NCBI GenBank assembly: GCA_964415355.1
Contig: CAYPYS010000006.1
Span: 752 to 64,751, forward strand
From: an uncultured Planctomycetia bacterium
GTDB taxonomy: Bacteria > Omnitrophota > Gorgyraeia > Gorgyraeales > Gorgyraeaceae
Length of the DNA stretch: 64,000 nt
Reading direction: 5' to 3'
Positions 41,174 through 49,529 of the stretch are shown piece by piece. A program made the translations under genes and the position numbers. Numbering within the stretch: the first letter of the stretch is position 1; each line of letters starts with the position of its first letter. The notes beneath the pieces are model-generated. The model did not search any database. It saw only the letters and a program-made list of their open reading frames with translations, and was not told the origin of the DNA.

Positions 41174-42139
41174 ATGGAATACGAGAGAGGCGGAAAACAA
41201 AAGGAATTTTACGATAAGGATGATGTTATATATAGATGCTGCCCTTTGTGCAACAGTAAGGATAATCGTAATATCTATACTGAAAGAGGACATATAGCTA
41301 TAGTTAGTTGCAAGAAATGTGGTCTTATTTATACAAACCCCACAGTAAGAAGTTCTGAGAAAAACTACTGGGGTGAAGAAAATAAATATTACGAAGAGGC
41401 TCGTTTGATATTTCATAACACGGGGAAACATCACAGGGATACTAATTATTTGGAAGATATAAGCATAATAGAGCGCTTAAAGTCAGTCGGGTATTTTCTG
41501 GATATAGGAACGAATATGGGCATGTTTTTAAGGCATACGCGTGCGAAAAAATGGATTGTTACAGGAATCGAACCTTCGCCGGCTTTGTCTGAAATGGCTC
41601 GTAAATACTTTGATTTAAATGTAAAGACATGTTATTTGAACGAAGCGGGTTTTAAAGACGAATCTTTTGATATAGTGACAATGACGGATGTTTTTGAGCA
41701 TATAGCAGAACCTAAAAAGATGTTGGTTGATATAAAAAGAGTTCTTAAGCACAATGGTATATTATTCATAAAAGTGCCGAATGGGAGATGTAATCTATTA
41801 AAATTATGGCTCGCTAAGATATTCGACAGGTTAAAAGATTATGATATTTTTGACTCTTATGAGCATCTTACACATTTTACCCATGATACATTAAAAAGGA
41901 TGCTAGAGGAATGTGGTTTTAAGATCAAGAAAATCTATATAGGAAAACCCATACAGTTACCTGTCTGGCATAAATATGTGGGGCATTATTATCAATATCC
42001 TAGTCCGTGGTTTTTAGATTGGAAGAATTATATATTGAGGCAGGTGTTTTACTGGATATCTAAGTTAGAGCGGTTGCTAAGGTTTGGTAATATAGGTTAT
42101 TTTGCACCTAATATCGTGATGATAGCTTCTAAAATATGA
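41174..42139 (+). CDS. Class I SAM-dependent methyltransferase with Zn ribbon
   Basis: CPLC..CKKCG, LDIGTNMG and DVFEHI. Confidence 0.87.
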   Translation: MEYERGGKQKEFYDKDDVIYRCCPLCNSKDNRNIYTERGHIAIVSCKKCGLIYTNPTVRSSEKNYWGEENKYYEEARLIFHNTGKHHRDTNYLEDISIIERLKSVGYFLDIGTNMGMFLRHTRAKKWIVTGIEPSPALSEMARKYFDLNVKTCYLNEAGFKDESFDIVTMTDVFEHIAEPKKMLVDIKRVLKHNGILFIKVPNGRCNLLKLWLAKIFDRLKDYDIFDSYEHLTHFTHDTLKRMLEECGFKIKKIYIGKPIQLPVWHKYVGHYYQYPSPWFLDWKNYILRQVFYWISKLERLLRFGNIGYFAPNIVMIASKI

Positions 42140-43314
42140 AAATCCTTAGAATAATTACGAGGCTTAATATAGGCGGGCCGGCGAGGAATGCGGTGTTTCT
42201 TACAGAGGGAATACCTCGAACAATATTGGTTTGCGGGGAGGTCAGTGAAGATGAGGGGGATATGATGTATCTGGCAAGGGAGAAAGGGATCGAGCCGGTT
42301 ATTGTACCCGAACTTGGCAGAGAATTATCCATTGTCAATGACTGGAAAGCGTTTTGGAAAATATATAGAATTATTAGCAGGGAGAGGCCGAATGTTGTAC
42401 ATACTCATACGGCAAAGGCAGGTACGCTGGGAAGAGGAGCAGTAATTTTATATAGATTGCTTCGTCGCTTTGCTCCTCGCAATGACATGGTAGATTCCCG
42501 CTTTCGCGGGAATGACAGAACGGTTATTTTGGTACATACCTTCCATGGGCATGTGCTGCATAGTTATTTTGGAAAAATTAAAACATTTATTTTTATATGT
42601 ATAGAAAAGATCCTGGCTATATTCACTGATAGGATAATAGCAGTTAGTGAGTCTTTAAAAAAAGAGCTGGCAGGGAGATTCAGGATAGCTCCTGAAGAAA
42701 AATTTTCTGTTGTGGAGCTGGGGTTTGAATTAGAGAAATTATTGGCATTAGAACCAAGGCTTAAATCCGATCGCGTGAATATTGGTATCGTAGGGAGGTT
42801 GACAGCAGTGAAAAATCATAAGATGTTGTTTAAAGTAGCCTCAAGGCTTAAGGCTCAAGGCTTAAGGCCTGGAATTATTGTTATCGGAGACGGAGAATTA
42901 AGAGGCGAGTTAGAAGTATACGCGAGGGAGTTAGGTATAGGAGATACAGTGAAATTCCGGGGATGGGTCAAGGATGTCACAGAGATATACAGAGAGCTGG
43001 ATATCGTGGCATTGACGTCTCTGAACGAAGGCACACCTGTCTCTATAATAGAGGCCATGGCCGCAGCAAGGCCTGTTGTCGTTGCCAGGGTTGGCGGGGT
43101 TAGTGATATCGTTCAAAATAGAAAGACAGGATATCTGGTTGATGCTGGCAATGAGGAAGGTTTTACGGAAAAATTAACGGATTTAATCAAAAACAAAGAG
43201 AGGCGCGTAGAATTTGGAAGATATGGTAGAGAATCGGTAAAAGATAGATTTTCAAAAGATAGGTTGATAGAAGATATGAAAAAAGTGTATGGATTCCCGC
43301 TTTTGCGGGAATGA
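42136..43314 (+). CDS. GT4 glycosyltransferase carrying in-frame repeat insertions
   Basis: RLNIGGPA, HTHTAKAG and NEGTPVSIIEAM; extra peptide YRLLRRFAPRNDMVDSRFRGND. Confidence 0.9.
   Translation: MKILRIITRLNIGGPARNAVFLTEGIPRTILVCGEVSEDEGDMMYLAREKGIEPVIVPELGRELSIVNDWKAFWKIYRIISRERPNVVHTHTAKAGTLGRGAVILYRLLRRFAPRNDMVDSRFRGNDRTVILVHTFHGHVLHSYFGKIKTFIFICIEKILAIFTDRIIAVSESLKKELAGRFRIAPEEKFSVVELGFELEKLLALEPRLKSDRVNIGIVGRLTAVKNHKMLFKVASRLKAQGLRPGIIVIGDGELRGELEVYARELGIGDTVKFRGWVKDVTEIYRELDIVALTSLNEGTPVSIIEAMAAARPVVVARVGGVSDIVQNRKTGYLVDAGNEEGFTEKLTDLIKNKERRVEFGRYGRESVKDRFSKDRLIEDMKKVYGFPLLRE
42453..42486 (+). repeat. RPE/REP-like palindromic unit inside a CDS
   Basis: TAGATTGCTTCGTCGCTTTGCTCCTCGCAATGAC; shares TAGATT...AATGAC ends with family B. 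Confidence 0.75.
42491..42516 (+). repeat. Family B 26-bp REP/dRS3-like repeat (inside a CDS)
   Basis: TAGATTCCCGCTTTCGCGGGAATGAC; core ATTCCC-N8-GGGAAT. Confidence 0.92.
42840..42867 (+). repeat. Heptamer tandem repeat (CTYAAGG)x4 inside a CDS
   Basis: CTCAAGG CTTAAGG CTCAAGG CTTAAGG. Confidence 0.8.
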
Positions 43315-43315
43315 C
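43290..43315 (+). repeat. Family B repeat supplying the C-terminus and TGA stop of the GT4 gene
   Basis: TGGATTCCCGCTTTTGCGGGAATGAC; an extra half copy GGGAATGAC lies at 43328-43336. Confidence 0.92.
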
Positions 43316-43395
43316 GATTATGAGAGTGGGAATGACAGTAAAAGAAAATAGATACTCCTGTGTCTATATATAAGAGAGGGGGTGAATTAAAGAGG

Positions 43396-43425
43396 TTGAT
43401 TTTTAAAGTCAGATGGCAGTATAAT
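43396..43425 (+). promoter_or_regulatory. Putative sigma70 promoter
   Basis: TTGATT-18bp-TATAAT, then a GGAGG RBS and ATG 43442. Confidence 0.55.
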
Positions 43426-43441
43426 GCACAGGAGGAGAGCT

Positions 43442-43858
43442 ATGAAAAAAGATACTGGGAAAAAGACAATGCTAAAAGAAATCAAAGGCTATATTGATTC
43501 ATCATTAAAAGAAATCAAAGGATATGTTGATTTATCATTAAAGGAAGTCAAGGGATATGTCGATTCATCATTAAAGGAAGTCAAAGAAGAATTACAAGAG
43601 ACCAAGAGATATACGGGAGTTTTGGTCGAAGGTCTGCGGTCAGAGGTCAAGCTGGTGTTTGAGCAATATGGTACTGTTATAAGAAAGCTCGAGGATCATG
43701 ACAGAAGGTTTGATGAGATTGATAGAAGGTTTGAGAATATAGATGTTAGATTTAACTGCGTTGATCTTGAGCTTAAAGGTATGAAGACGGCATTGTTTGA
43801 CAATAGCCATAGGCTTAATGACCATGAGGGCAGGATCAGGAACTTGGAAATGAATTAA
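43442..43858 (+). CDS. Small coiled-coil repeat protein (11-aa and 7-aa repeats)
   Basis: LKEIKGYIDSS-type unit x3.5 (33-bp DNA repeats, 43472-43585); DRRFDEI/DRRFENI heptads; strong RBS. Confidence 0.8.
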   Translation: MKKDTGKKTMLKEIKGYIDSSLKEIKGYVDLSLKEVKGYVDSSLKEVKEELQETKRYTGVLVEGLRSEVKLVFEQYGTVIRKLEDHDRRFDEIDRRFENIDVRFNCVDLELKGMKTALFDNSHRLNDHEGRIRNLEMN

Positions 43859-43884
43859 TGGATTCCCGCTTTCGCGGGAATGAC
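43859..43884 (+). repeat. Family B repeat
   Basis: TGGATTCCCGCTTTCGCGGGAATGAC. Confidence 0.92.
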
Positions 43885-43896
43885 AAAGGGGTCATC

Positions 43897-44859
43897 GTGA
43901 GGGTATTAATTACAGGCGGGGCAGGGTTTATTGGGTCGCACCTGGCAGATGAGCTGATAAAGGCCGGGAATGAAGTTGTGGTGCTTGATAATCTCTCAAC
44001 AGGCAGCTTTGAAAACATCGAGCACCTGACCGGGAACAAAATGTTCAAGTTTGTAGAAGGCACTATTTTAAATGAGTCCCTTGTGGACAAACTGGTCGGA
44101 CAGTGCGATGCAGTATACCACCTGGCAGCGGCAGTAGGCGTGGACCTGATAGTGAAAAAGCCGCTCGAGTCGCTCGTCACGAATATAAAAGGGAGCGAGA
44201 TAGTGCTTGAGATGGTGCATCGCTATCATAAAAAAATCCTTATAACGTCTACGTCTGAGATATATGGCAAGAACGCGAACGGTCCTTTAAAAGAAGAAGA
44301 TGACAGGATCCTTGGTTCGCCTTTGAAGTCCAGGTGGGGATATTCTACTGCAAAGGCAGTGGACGAGATGCTCGCGTATATATACTGGAGAGAAAAAAAA
44401 GTGCCGAGCGTGATAGTGCGGCTTTTCAATACTGTGGGTCCAAGGCAAACCGGCGCTTACGGCATGGTAATCCCAAGATTCATAAGCCAGGCGCTCAAAG
44501 GTGAAGACATAACAGTATATGGCAGCGGAAAACAATCTAGATGTTTCTTGCATGTTAAAGATGTAGTTATTACGCTTATAAAATTGATGAATAGCCATGA
44601 TGCCGTGGGAAAGGTTTTTAATATAGGCAGCCAGGAAGAGATAACCATAGAGGGCCTTGCGAAAAAGGTAATCGACATTACAAAAAGCAGGTCAAGATTG
44701 GTTTACGTGCCTTATGACAAGGCCTATGAAGAAGGTTTTGAAGATATGCAGCGCAGGGTCCCTGATACCAGCAAGGCAAGAGATGCGGTAGGTTTTAAGC
44801 CTACAGTGGATCTCAATGGAATTATTAAGAACGTAGTCGAATATTATAAAAATAGATGA
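43897..44859 (+). CDS. NAD-dependent nucleotide-sugar epimerase/dehydratase
   Basis: LITGGAGFIGSHL, HLAAAVG, STSEIYG, YSTAK and RLFNTVGPRQ. GTG 43897 is preferred because ATG 43858 is read through the repeat. Confidence 0.9.
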   Translation: MRVLITGGAGFIGSHLADELIKAGNEVVVLDNLSTGSFENIEHLTGNKMFKFVEGTILNESLVDKLVGQCDAVYHLAAAVGVDLIVKKPLESLVTNIKGSEIVLEMVHRYHKKILITSTSEIYGKNANGPLKEEDDRILGSPLKSRWGYSTAKAVDEMLAYIYWREKKVPSVIVRLFNTVGPRQTGAYGMVIPRFISQALKGEDITVYGSGKQSRCFLHVKDVVITLIKLMNSHDAVGKVFNIGSQEEITIEGLAKKVIDITKSRSRLVYVPYDKAYEEGFEDMQRRVPDTSKARDAVGFKPTVDLNGIIKNVVEYYKNR

Positions 44860-46637
44860 TATTGAAAAGCTACCTCATACCGTTTTTTCTGTCATTCGCG
44901 ATTTCAATCCTGCTCACCCCTTTTATAAAAAAAATAGCTGTTATTAAAGGCTATGTGGCACACCCTAACGGAGACCGCTGGCACAAGAAAGAGACCGCGC
45001 TTTTTGGCGGCATAGCTATTTTTATCTCGTTTATTATTCCTTATGTTATTTTTGTAAAACCTGACATCGAGGCCATTGGTATTCTTTTATGCGGAACTAT
45101 TATTTTTGCCTTAGGTGTTTTTGACGATATAAAGCGCATAAAGCCATACACGAAGCTAATAGGGCAGATCGTCATAGCGTCTTTACTGGTCAGTTTTGGC
45201 GTGAGCATAAAAATCATTCCTTACAGGATAGTGAGCATGCCGCTTACGATACTATGGATGGTGGCGATCGTAAATTCCTTTAATCTACTCGATAATATGG
45301 ACGGGCTTTCAACCGGCATTGCGGCGATCGTGACCGGTATCCTGTTTCTGTGTGCGGTTTTTAACGGAAATATTTTATTGGCATCAACGGCATTGATACT
45401 GGCAGGGAGCCTTTTAGGTTTTCTCAGGTATAATTTTAATCCCGCGAAGATCTTTATGGGAGATTGCGGCAGCATGTTTATAGGCTTTATGCTGGGCGCG
45501 ATAACTCTGCAGGGCAGCTGGAAAGAATCAACGCATTTGGTGATGATATTAGCTATCCCTGTTTTGGTATTGGCCGTGCCTATATTTGATACGACATTTG
45601 TAACGCTTGCGAGAGGGATAAGCGCGCGCAAGATCTTTCAGGGAGGCAAGGATCATATATCTCACAGGATGGTGGTTCTTGGGCTCTCAGAGAAGAATAC
45701 GGTGCTTGTGTTGTATTTCATAGGTTTATTTTTCGGAGGCATAAGCGTGCTTTCGATGTTTGTCGCGCCGATAATAACGCTAATGCTTGTCCTGGTTGCG
45801 GCTGTGAGCCTTATATATTTCGCGACATTTTTAGGCAAGGTCAAGGTCTATAGCGACGACAAGGCAAAGACATTGAAGAAGAAAAACGGCAACGTGGTGC
45901 TGGGCGGCGCGTTGATGCATAAAAGAAGGATGTTGGAAGTAGCCATTGACTTTATATTGATATGCGTGGCGTATGTCTCAGCGTATCTTTTGAGATTCGA
46001 AGGCGTATTGTCTCATACAAATCAGGAGCTTATCGTAAGGTCTCTTCCTGTTATATTGATAATAAAATACATCGTGTTCTTTAAGTTCGGGCTTTACAGG
46101 GGTATATGGAGATACGTGAGCGTGCCTGACCTTATAGACATATTTAAGGCAGTATTGACGGCATCTTTGTTTTCGGCAGTGGCTGTGCTTTTTATGTGGA
46201 GGTTTCATGGTTTTTCAAGGGCAGTGTTTATTATTGACTGGCTTTTACTTTTTATGCTGATTTCAGGCGCAAGAATACTTGAGAGGATCTACAAGGAGAT
46301 ATTTGACCAGGTAAGATTGGGCGATAAAAAGGTCTTGATATACGGGGCTGGCGATGCAGGAGAAATCGTTTTAAGAGAGATAAGGAACAATAAGGCATTG
46401 GGTTATAAGCCGGTCGGGTTCCTGGATGACGACGAAGAGAAATTAGGGAGGCGCATACATAACGTATCGGTCTTAGGCTCAAAGACTGACATGGCGCGTT
46501 TGATAAAACAGAAAGAAGTGGGGGAGATCATAATAGCAATACCAGACCTTCCAAAAGATATCTTTGAAGACACTGTGAGTATCTGCAGAAGCTTAGACGT
46601 AAGCTGCAAAAAGATGCACGACATCCTGCCAAAATAA
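44856..46637 (+). CDS. WecA/MraY-family undecaprenyl-phosphate sugar-1-P transferase fused to an extra TM plus Rossmann-like domain
   Basis: GVFDD, NLLDNMDGL, NFNPAKIFMGDCG and DHISHR; C-terminal YGAGDAG and GFLDDD. Confidence 0.85.
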   Translation: MILKSYLIPFFLSFAISILLTPFIKKIAVIKGYVAHPNGDRWHKKETALFGGIAIFISFIIPYVIFVKPDIEAIGILLCGTIIFALGVFDDIKRIKPYTKLIGQIVIASLLVSFGVSIKIIPYRIVSMPLTILWMVAIVNSFNLLDNMDGLSTGIAAIVTGILFLCAVFNGNILLASTALILAGSLLGFLRYNFNPAKIFMGDCGSMFIGFMLGAITLQGSWKESTHLVMILAIPVLVLAVPIFDTTFVTLARGISARKIFQGGKDHISHRMVVLGLSEKNTVLVLYFIGLFFGGISVLSMFVAPIITLMLVLVAAVSLIYFATFLGKVKVYSDDKAKTLKKKNGNVVLGGALMHKRRMLEVAIDFILICVAYVSAYLLRFEGVLSHTNQELIVRSLPVILIIKYIVFFKFGLYRGIWRYVSVPDLIDIFKAVLTASLFSAVAVLFMWRFHGFSRAVFIIDWLLLFMLISGARILERIYKEIFDQVRLGDKKVLIYGAGDAGEIVLREIRNNKALGYKPVGFLDDDEEKLGRRIHNVSVLGSKTDMARLIKQKEVGEIIIAIPDLPKDIFEDTVSICRSLDVSCKKMHDILPK

Positions 46638-47701
46638 TGAAAATAGGGATAGATATTCGTCCGACACTCAAGAAGACAACAGGCATAGGCAAGTATACCC
46701 TTCATCTGATCAATGCCCTTGCAGAAGTAGATCCCGAAAATAGATATTTTCTCTACAGCAGAAAAAAGATATTGGATTTTAAAAGGCGGTTGCCAAGGTT
46801 GCCCGGCGCTAATTTTTCGCATCGCGTGGATCATTTTAAAAAAGGCGTGAGTGCAGCGATGCCGGAGATAGATATTTTCCACACCTCTTCTTATGACCTG
46901 GATAGGCCGAAAAAGGCAAAATATATCGTCACTGTCCATGATGTAATTATAAAGGCATATCCGCACGGCCATAGCGAGAAGACTATAAGAGAAACAGATG
47001 AAAAATTAAAAAAGATTTTAGGCGAGGCAGATGTGTTGGTGGCGGATTCCCATAGCACCAAAGCGGATCTGATGAGGTTTTATGATGTGGCCGAGTCAAG
47101 GGTAGCGGTAATCTATCCCGGAGTTAATTTTACGGAATACGGAATACGGGATGCGGAATGCGAAGACTATATTCTCTTTGTCGGGACGCTTGAGCCGCGA
47201 AAGAATGTAGATGGAGTCATAAAGGCGTATAGCTGGCTGAGAAAAAACTCAGGCGTGAGGCATAAGCTTTATATAGCGGGCATGAAGGGATGGATGTACG
47301 AAAATATTTTTAAGGAATACGAGAAGAGCGAATTTAAAAAAGATATTATCTTTAAAGGTTATGTAAGCGAACGAGAACTGAGCGCGTTGTACCAGAATGC
47401 GTCTTTATTCGTGTATCCGTCCTTTTATGAAGGTTTCGGGTTTCCTGTGATAGAGGCGTTTAGCTATGGAGTACCTGTTGTTACTTCGAAGACTTCTTCT
47501 TGCGGAGAGGTAGCAGGCGATAACGCATTATTGGTAGACCCTTCTAATATAAAGGAGATTAGAGAAGCAATGGCAAGACTCATTGCCGATAAAAACTTAA
47601 GGGAGCAGCTGGCGAGGCGCGGCCGAGAGAGAGCGAAGCAATTCACCTGGCGCAACACCGCCTCCGCCTTAAGTATACATTTCAACAACGTTAAAGTGTA
47701 A
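46637..47701 (+). CDS. GT4 glycosyltransferase
   Basis: TGIGKY, VGTLEPRKN and EGFGFPVIEAF; the last 10 aa are encoded by a family A copy. Confidence 0.9.
   Translation: MKIGIDIRPTLKKTTGIGKYTLHLINALAEVDPENRYFLYSRKKILDFKRRLPRLPGANFSHRVDHFKKGVSAAMPEIDIFHTSSYDLDRPKKAKYIVTVHDVIIKAYPHGHSEKTIRETDEKLKKILGEADVLVADSHSTKADLMRFYDVAESRVAVIYPGVNFTEYGIRDAECEDYILFVGTLEPRKNVDGVIKAYSWLRKNSGVRHKLYIAGMKGWMYENIFKEYEKSEFKKDIIFKGYVSERELSALYQNASLFVYPSFYEGFGFPVIEAFSYGVPVVTSKTSSCGEVAGDNALLVDPSNIKEIREAMARLIADKNLREQLARRGRERAKQFTWRNTASALSIHFNNVKV
47131..47165 (+). repeat. Heptamer tandem repeat (about 5 x TRCGGAA) in the GT-B interdomain linker
   Basis: TACGGAA TACGGAA TACGGGA TGCGGAA TGCGAAG. Confidence 0.75.
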
Positions 47702-47708
47702 AGTTAGG
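47668..47708 (-). repeat. Family A palindrome (AAC loop), translated as the GT4 C-terminus
   Basis: CTTAAGTATACATTTCAAC aac GTTAAAGTGTAAAGTTAGG reads LSIHFNNVKV*. Confidence 0.93.
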
Positions 47709-47733
47709 GGATTCCCGCTTTCGCGGGAATGAC
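47708..47733 (+). repeat. Family B repeat abutting a family A copy
   Basis: GGGATTCCCGCTTTCGCGGGAATGAC. Confidence 0.92.
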
Positions 47734-47743
47734 ATTTTTCGCT

Positions 47744-48253
47744 ATGATACATATTTACACGGGTAATGGAAAAGGGAAGACTAGTGCGGCGTTTGGGCTG
47801 GCAATGAGGGCAAGCGGCCAGGGGCTCAAGGTCATTATATTTCAGTTTCTAAAGCCAAAGGAGATTGTGTCAGGCGAAGAGATCTCAGCAAAAAAGCTAA
47901 AGGGTTTAAAAGTGGTAAGATTTGACCAGGCGCACCCTATATTTAAAAATAAAAGCGAAGGCGTAAATAAGACTATAGAAGAAGATTTCGAAAAAACAAA
48001 AAAGGCTGCTTTAAGCGGTAAATACGATATGGTGGTGCTTGATGAGATCATCAATGTCGTGGACCAGGGTTTTATAAAAAAAGATAGTTTTATTAGTTTG
48101 CTAGGATCCGTTCCAGGGAAGTTAGAGTTAATCCTTACGGGCAGAGGTGATACTTTAGGGATAGAGGAATATGCGGATTATGTGACCGTAATGACAGATA
48201 AAAAACATCCTTTTAAAAAGACAACAGACGCACGGAAGGGTATAGAGTATTAA
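47744..48253 (+). CDS. cobO: Cob(I)yrinic acid a,c-diamide adenosyltransferase (CobO/BtuR)
   Basis: IYTGNGKGKTSAA, QFLK, VLDEI, ELILTGR, KHPF and ARKGIEY. Confidence 0.92.
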   Translation: MIHIYTGNGKGKTSAAFGLAMRASGQGLKVIIFQFLKPKEIVSGEEISAKKLKGLKVVRFDQAHPIFKNKSEGVNKTIEEDFEKTKKAALSGKYDMVVLDEIINVVDQGFIKKDSFISLLGSVPGKLELILTGRGDTLGIEEYADYVTVMTDKKHPFKKTTDARKGIEY

Positions 48254-48263
48254 GGTTTTTTTG

Positions 48264-48303
48264 CTTAAGTATACTTTTAACATTGTTGAAATGTATACTT
48301 AAG
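48264..48303 (+). repeat. Family A palindrome (ATT loop, 40 bp)
   Basis: CTTAAGTATACTTTTAAC att GTTGAAATGTATACTTAAG; GTATAC on both arms. Confidence 0.93.
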
Positions 48304-48313
48304 GATTTTTTAA

Positions 48314-48342
48314 TTGACATAGCTGTAAAATAGTTGTATAAA
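48314..48342 (+). promoter_or_regulatory. Putative sigma70 promoter of the btu/cob operon
   Basis: TTGACA-17bp-TATAAA. Confidence 0.7.
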
Positions 48343-48349
48343 ATAAGAA

Positions 48350-48508
48350 ACCGAATATATATTATATTGTTTAAGGGAAGCTGGTGTGAGTCCAGCGCAG
48401 CCCCGCTGCTGTAATAGGGTACGAAATCTGCAAAAAGTCATTGTCCTGGAGATTTAGGACGAGAAGGCGCAGAGATTAGAGCGATCCTTAAGTCAGAAGA
48501 CCTTGCAA
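48350..48508 (+). ncRNA. Cobalamin riboswitch
   Basis: AAGGGAA-GCTGGTGTGAGTCCAGC-GCAGCCCCGCTGCTGT, GTCATTG..GAGAAGG and B12 box AAGTCAGAAGACCTTGC upstream of btuF. The 5' boundary is approximate. Confidence 0.88.
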
Positions 48509-48564
48509 TGTGATCTTTAAAAAGCTACGCAGGGTAGCTTTGAGGGCCAAGTAAATCAGGGTGC

Positions 48565-48598
48565 AACCCCGACTAAAAAAGTCGGGGTTTTTTATTTT
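48565..48598 (+). terminator. Intrinsic terminator (riboswitch expression platform)
   Basis: AACCCCGACT-aaaaa-AGTCGGGGTT followed by a T-run. Confidence 0.85.
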
Positions 48599-48606
48599 GT
48601 GATAAT

Positions 48607-49452
48607 ATGAGAAGATTTTTTATTATTAAATTTTTAATAATGTTTTTTCTAGCTTTTAGCAGCTATTCCTTTTCTTCGGAAGGCAAAAGGTTGAGGGTAG
48701 TCTCGCTTGCGCCGTCTACTACTGAGATATTGTTCGCGCTGAGGCTGGATGAGGAGATCGTAGGTGTAAGTTCATTCTGTAATTATCCCTTAAAAGCTCA
48801 GGAAAAAGATAAGATAGGGACTTTTAGCCACCCAAACATTGAAAAGATCCTGTCTCTAAAACCAGATATTGTGTTTTGTACAGGGCTTGAGCAGGCGCCT
48901 GTGATCAGTAAGTTAAAACAATTAAATCTGGAGGTCTTTGTCAGTGATCCGCAGAACATAGAAGAACTTTTTGATTCGATCAGGGATATGGCCGTGCTTA
49001 CAAGTCGCAGCAAAGAAGGCAAAGAGTTGATTAATAAAATGAAAAAAGGTGTAGAAGAAATAAGGTCAAAAACAGAGTCTATTCCAAAAGAAGACAGGGC
49101 GAGCGTTTTTATAGAATTTTGGAATGATCCCTTGATGAGTGCGGGTGATAATTCTTTTATCGGCGAATTGATCGCATTGGCTGGAGGCATAAATATTGCC
49201 CATGACGTTAAGAGACCTTATAGTTATTTTAGCCCCGAAGAAGTAATAAAGCGCAATCCCGATCGCATCATTCTGGCTTATATGGTCAATGAAGACGCGG
49301 CAAAGACAATAAGAAAACGCCTGGGCTGGAAAGATATATCAGCGGTTAAAAATAATCGCGTATATAGCGATGTTGATCCTGATATGCTTTTGAGGCCTGG
49401 ACCGCGTTTAGTAGAAGCCCTAGGGGAGTTATATAAAAGGCTATACCCGTAG
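48607..49452 (+). CDS. btuF: Cobalamin ABC transporter substrate-binding protein
   Basis: Signal peptide, RVVSLAPSTTEILFAL, PNIEKILSLKPD and RPGPRL; riboswitch upstream. Confidence 0.88.
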   Translation: MRRFFIIKFLIMFFLAFSSYSFSSEGKRLRVVSLAPSTTEILFALRLDEEIVGVSSFCNYPLKAQEKDKIGTFSHPNIEKILSLKPDIVFCTGLEQAPVISKLKQLNLEVFVSDPQNIEELFDSIRDMAVLTSRSKEGKELINKMKKGVEEIRSKTESIPKEDRASVFIEFWNDPLMSAGDNSFIGELIALAGGINIAHDVKRPYSYFSPEEVIKRNPDRIILAYMVNEDAAKTIRKRLGWKDISAVKNNRVYSDVDPDMLLRPGPRLVEALGELYKRLYP

Positions 49453-49475
49453 ATTCCCGCTTTCGCGGGAATGAC
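49450..49475 (+). repeat. Family B repeat providing the TAG stop of btuF
   Basis: TAGATTCCCGCTTTCGCGGGAATGAC. Confidence 0.92.
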
Positions 49476-49480
49476 ATGTG

Positions 49481-49519
49481 TTTAAGTTTACTTTTAACAT
49501 TGTTGAAAGTAAACTTAAG
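49481..49519 (+). repeat. Family A palindrome (ATT loop, 39 bp, symmetric 1-bp deletion in each arm)
   Basis: TTTAAGTTTACTTTTAAC att GTTGAAAGTAAACTTAAG. Confidence 0.92.
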
Positions 49520-49529
49520 GGAGAAAATT

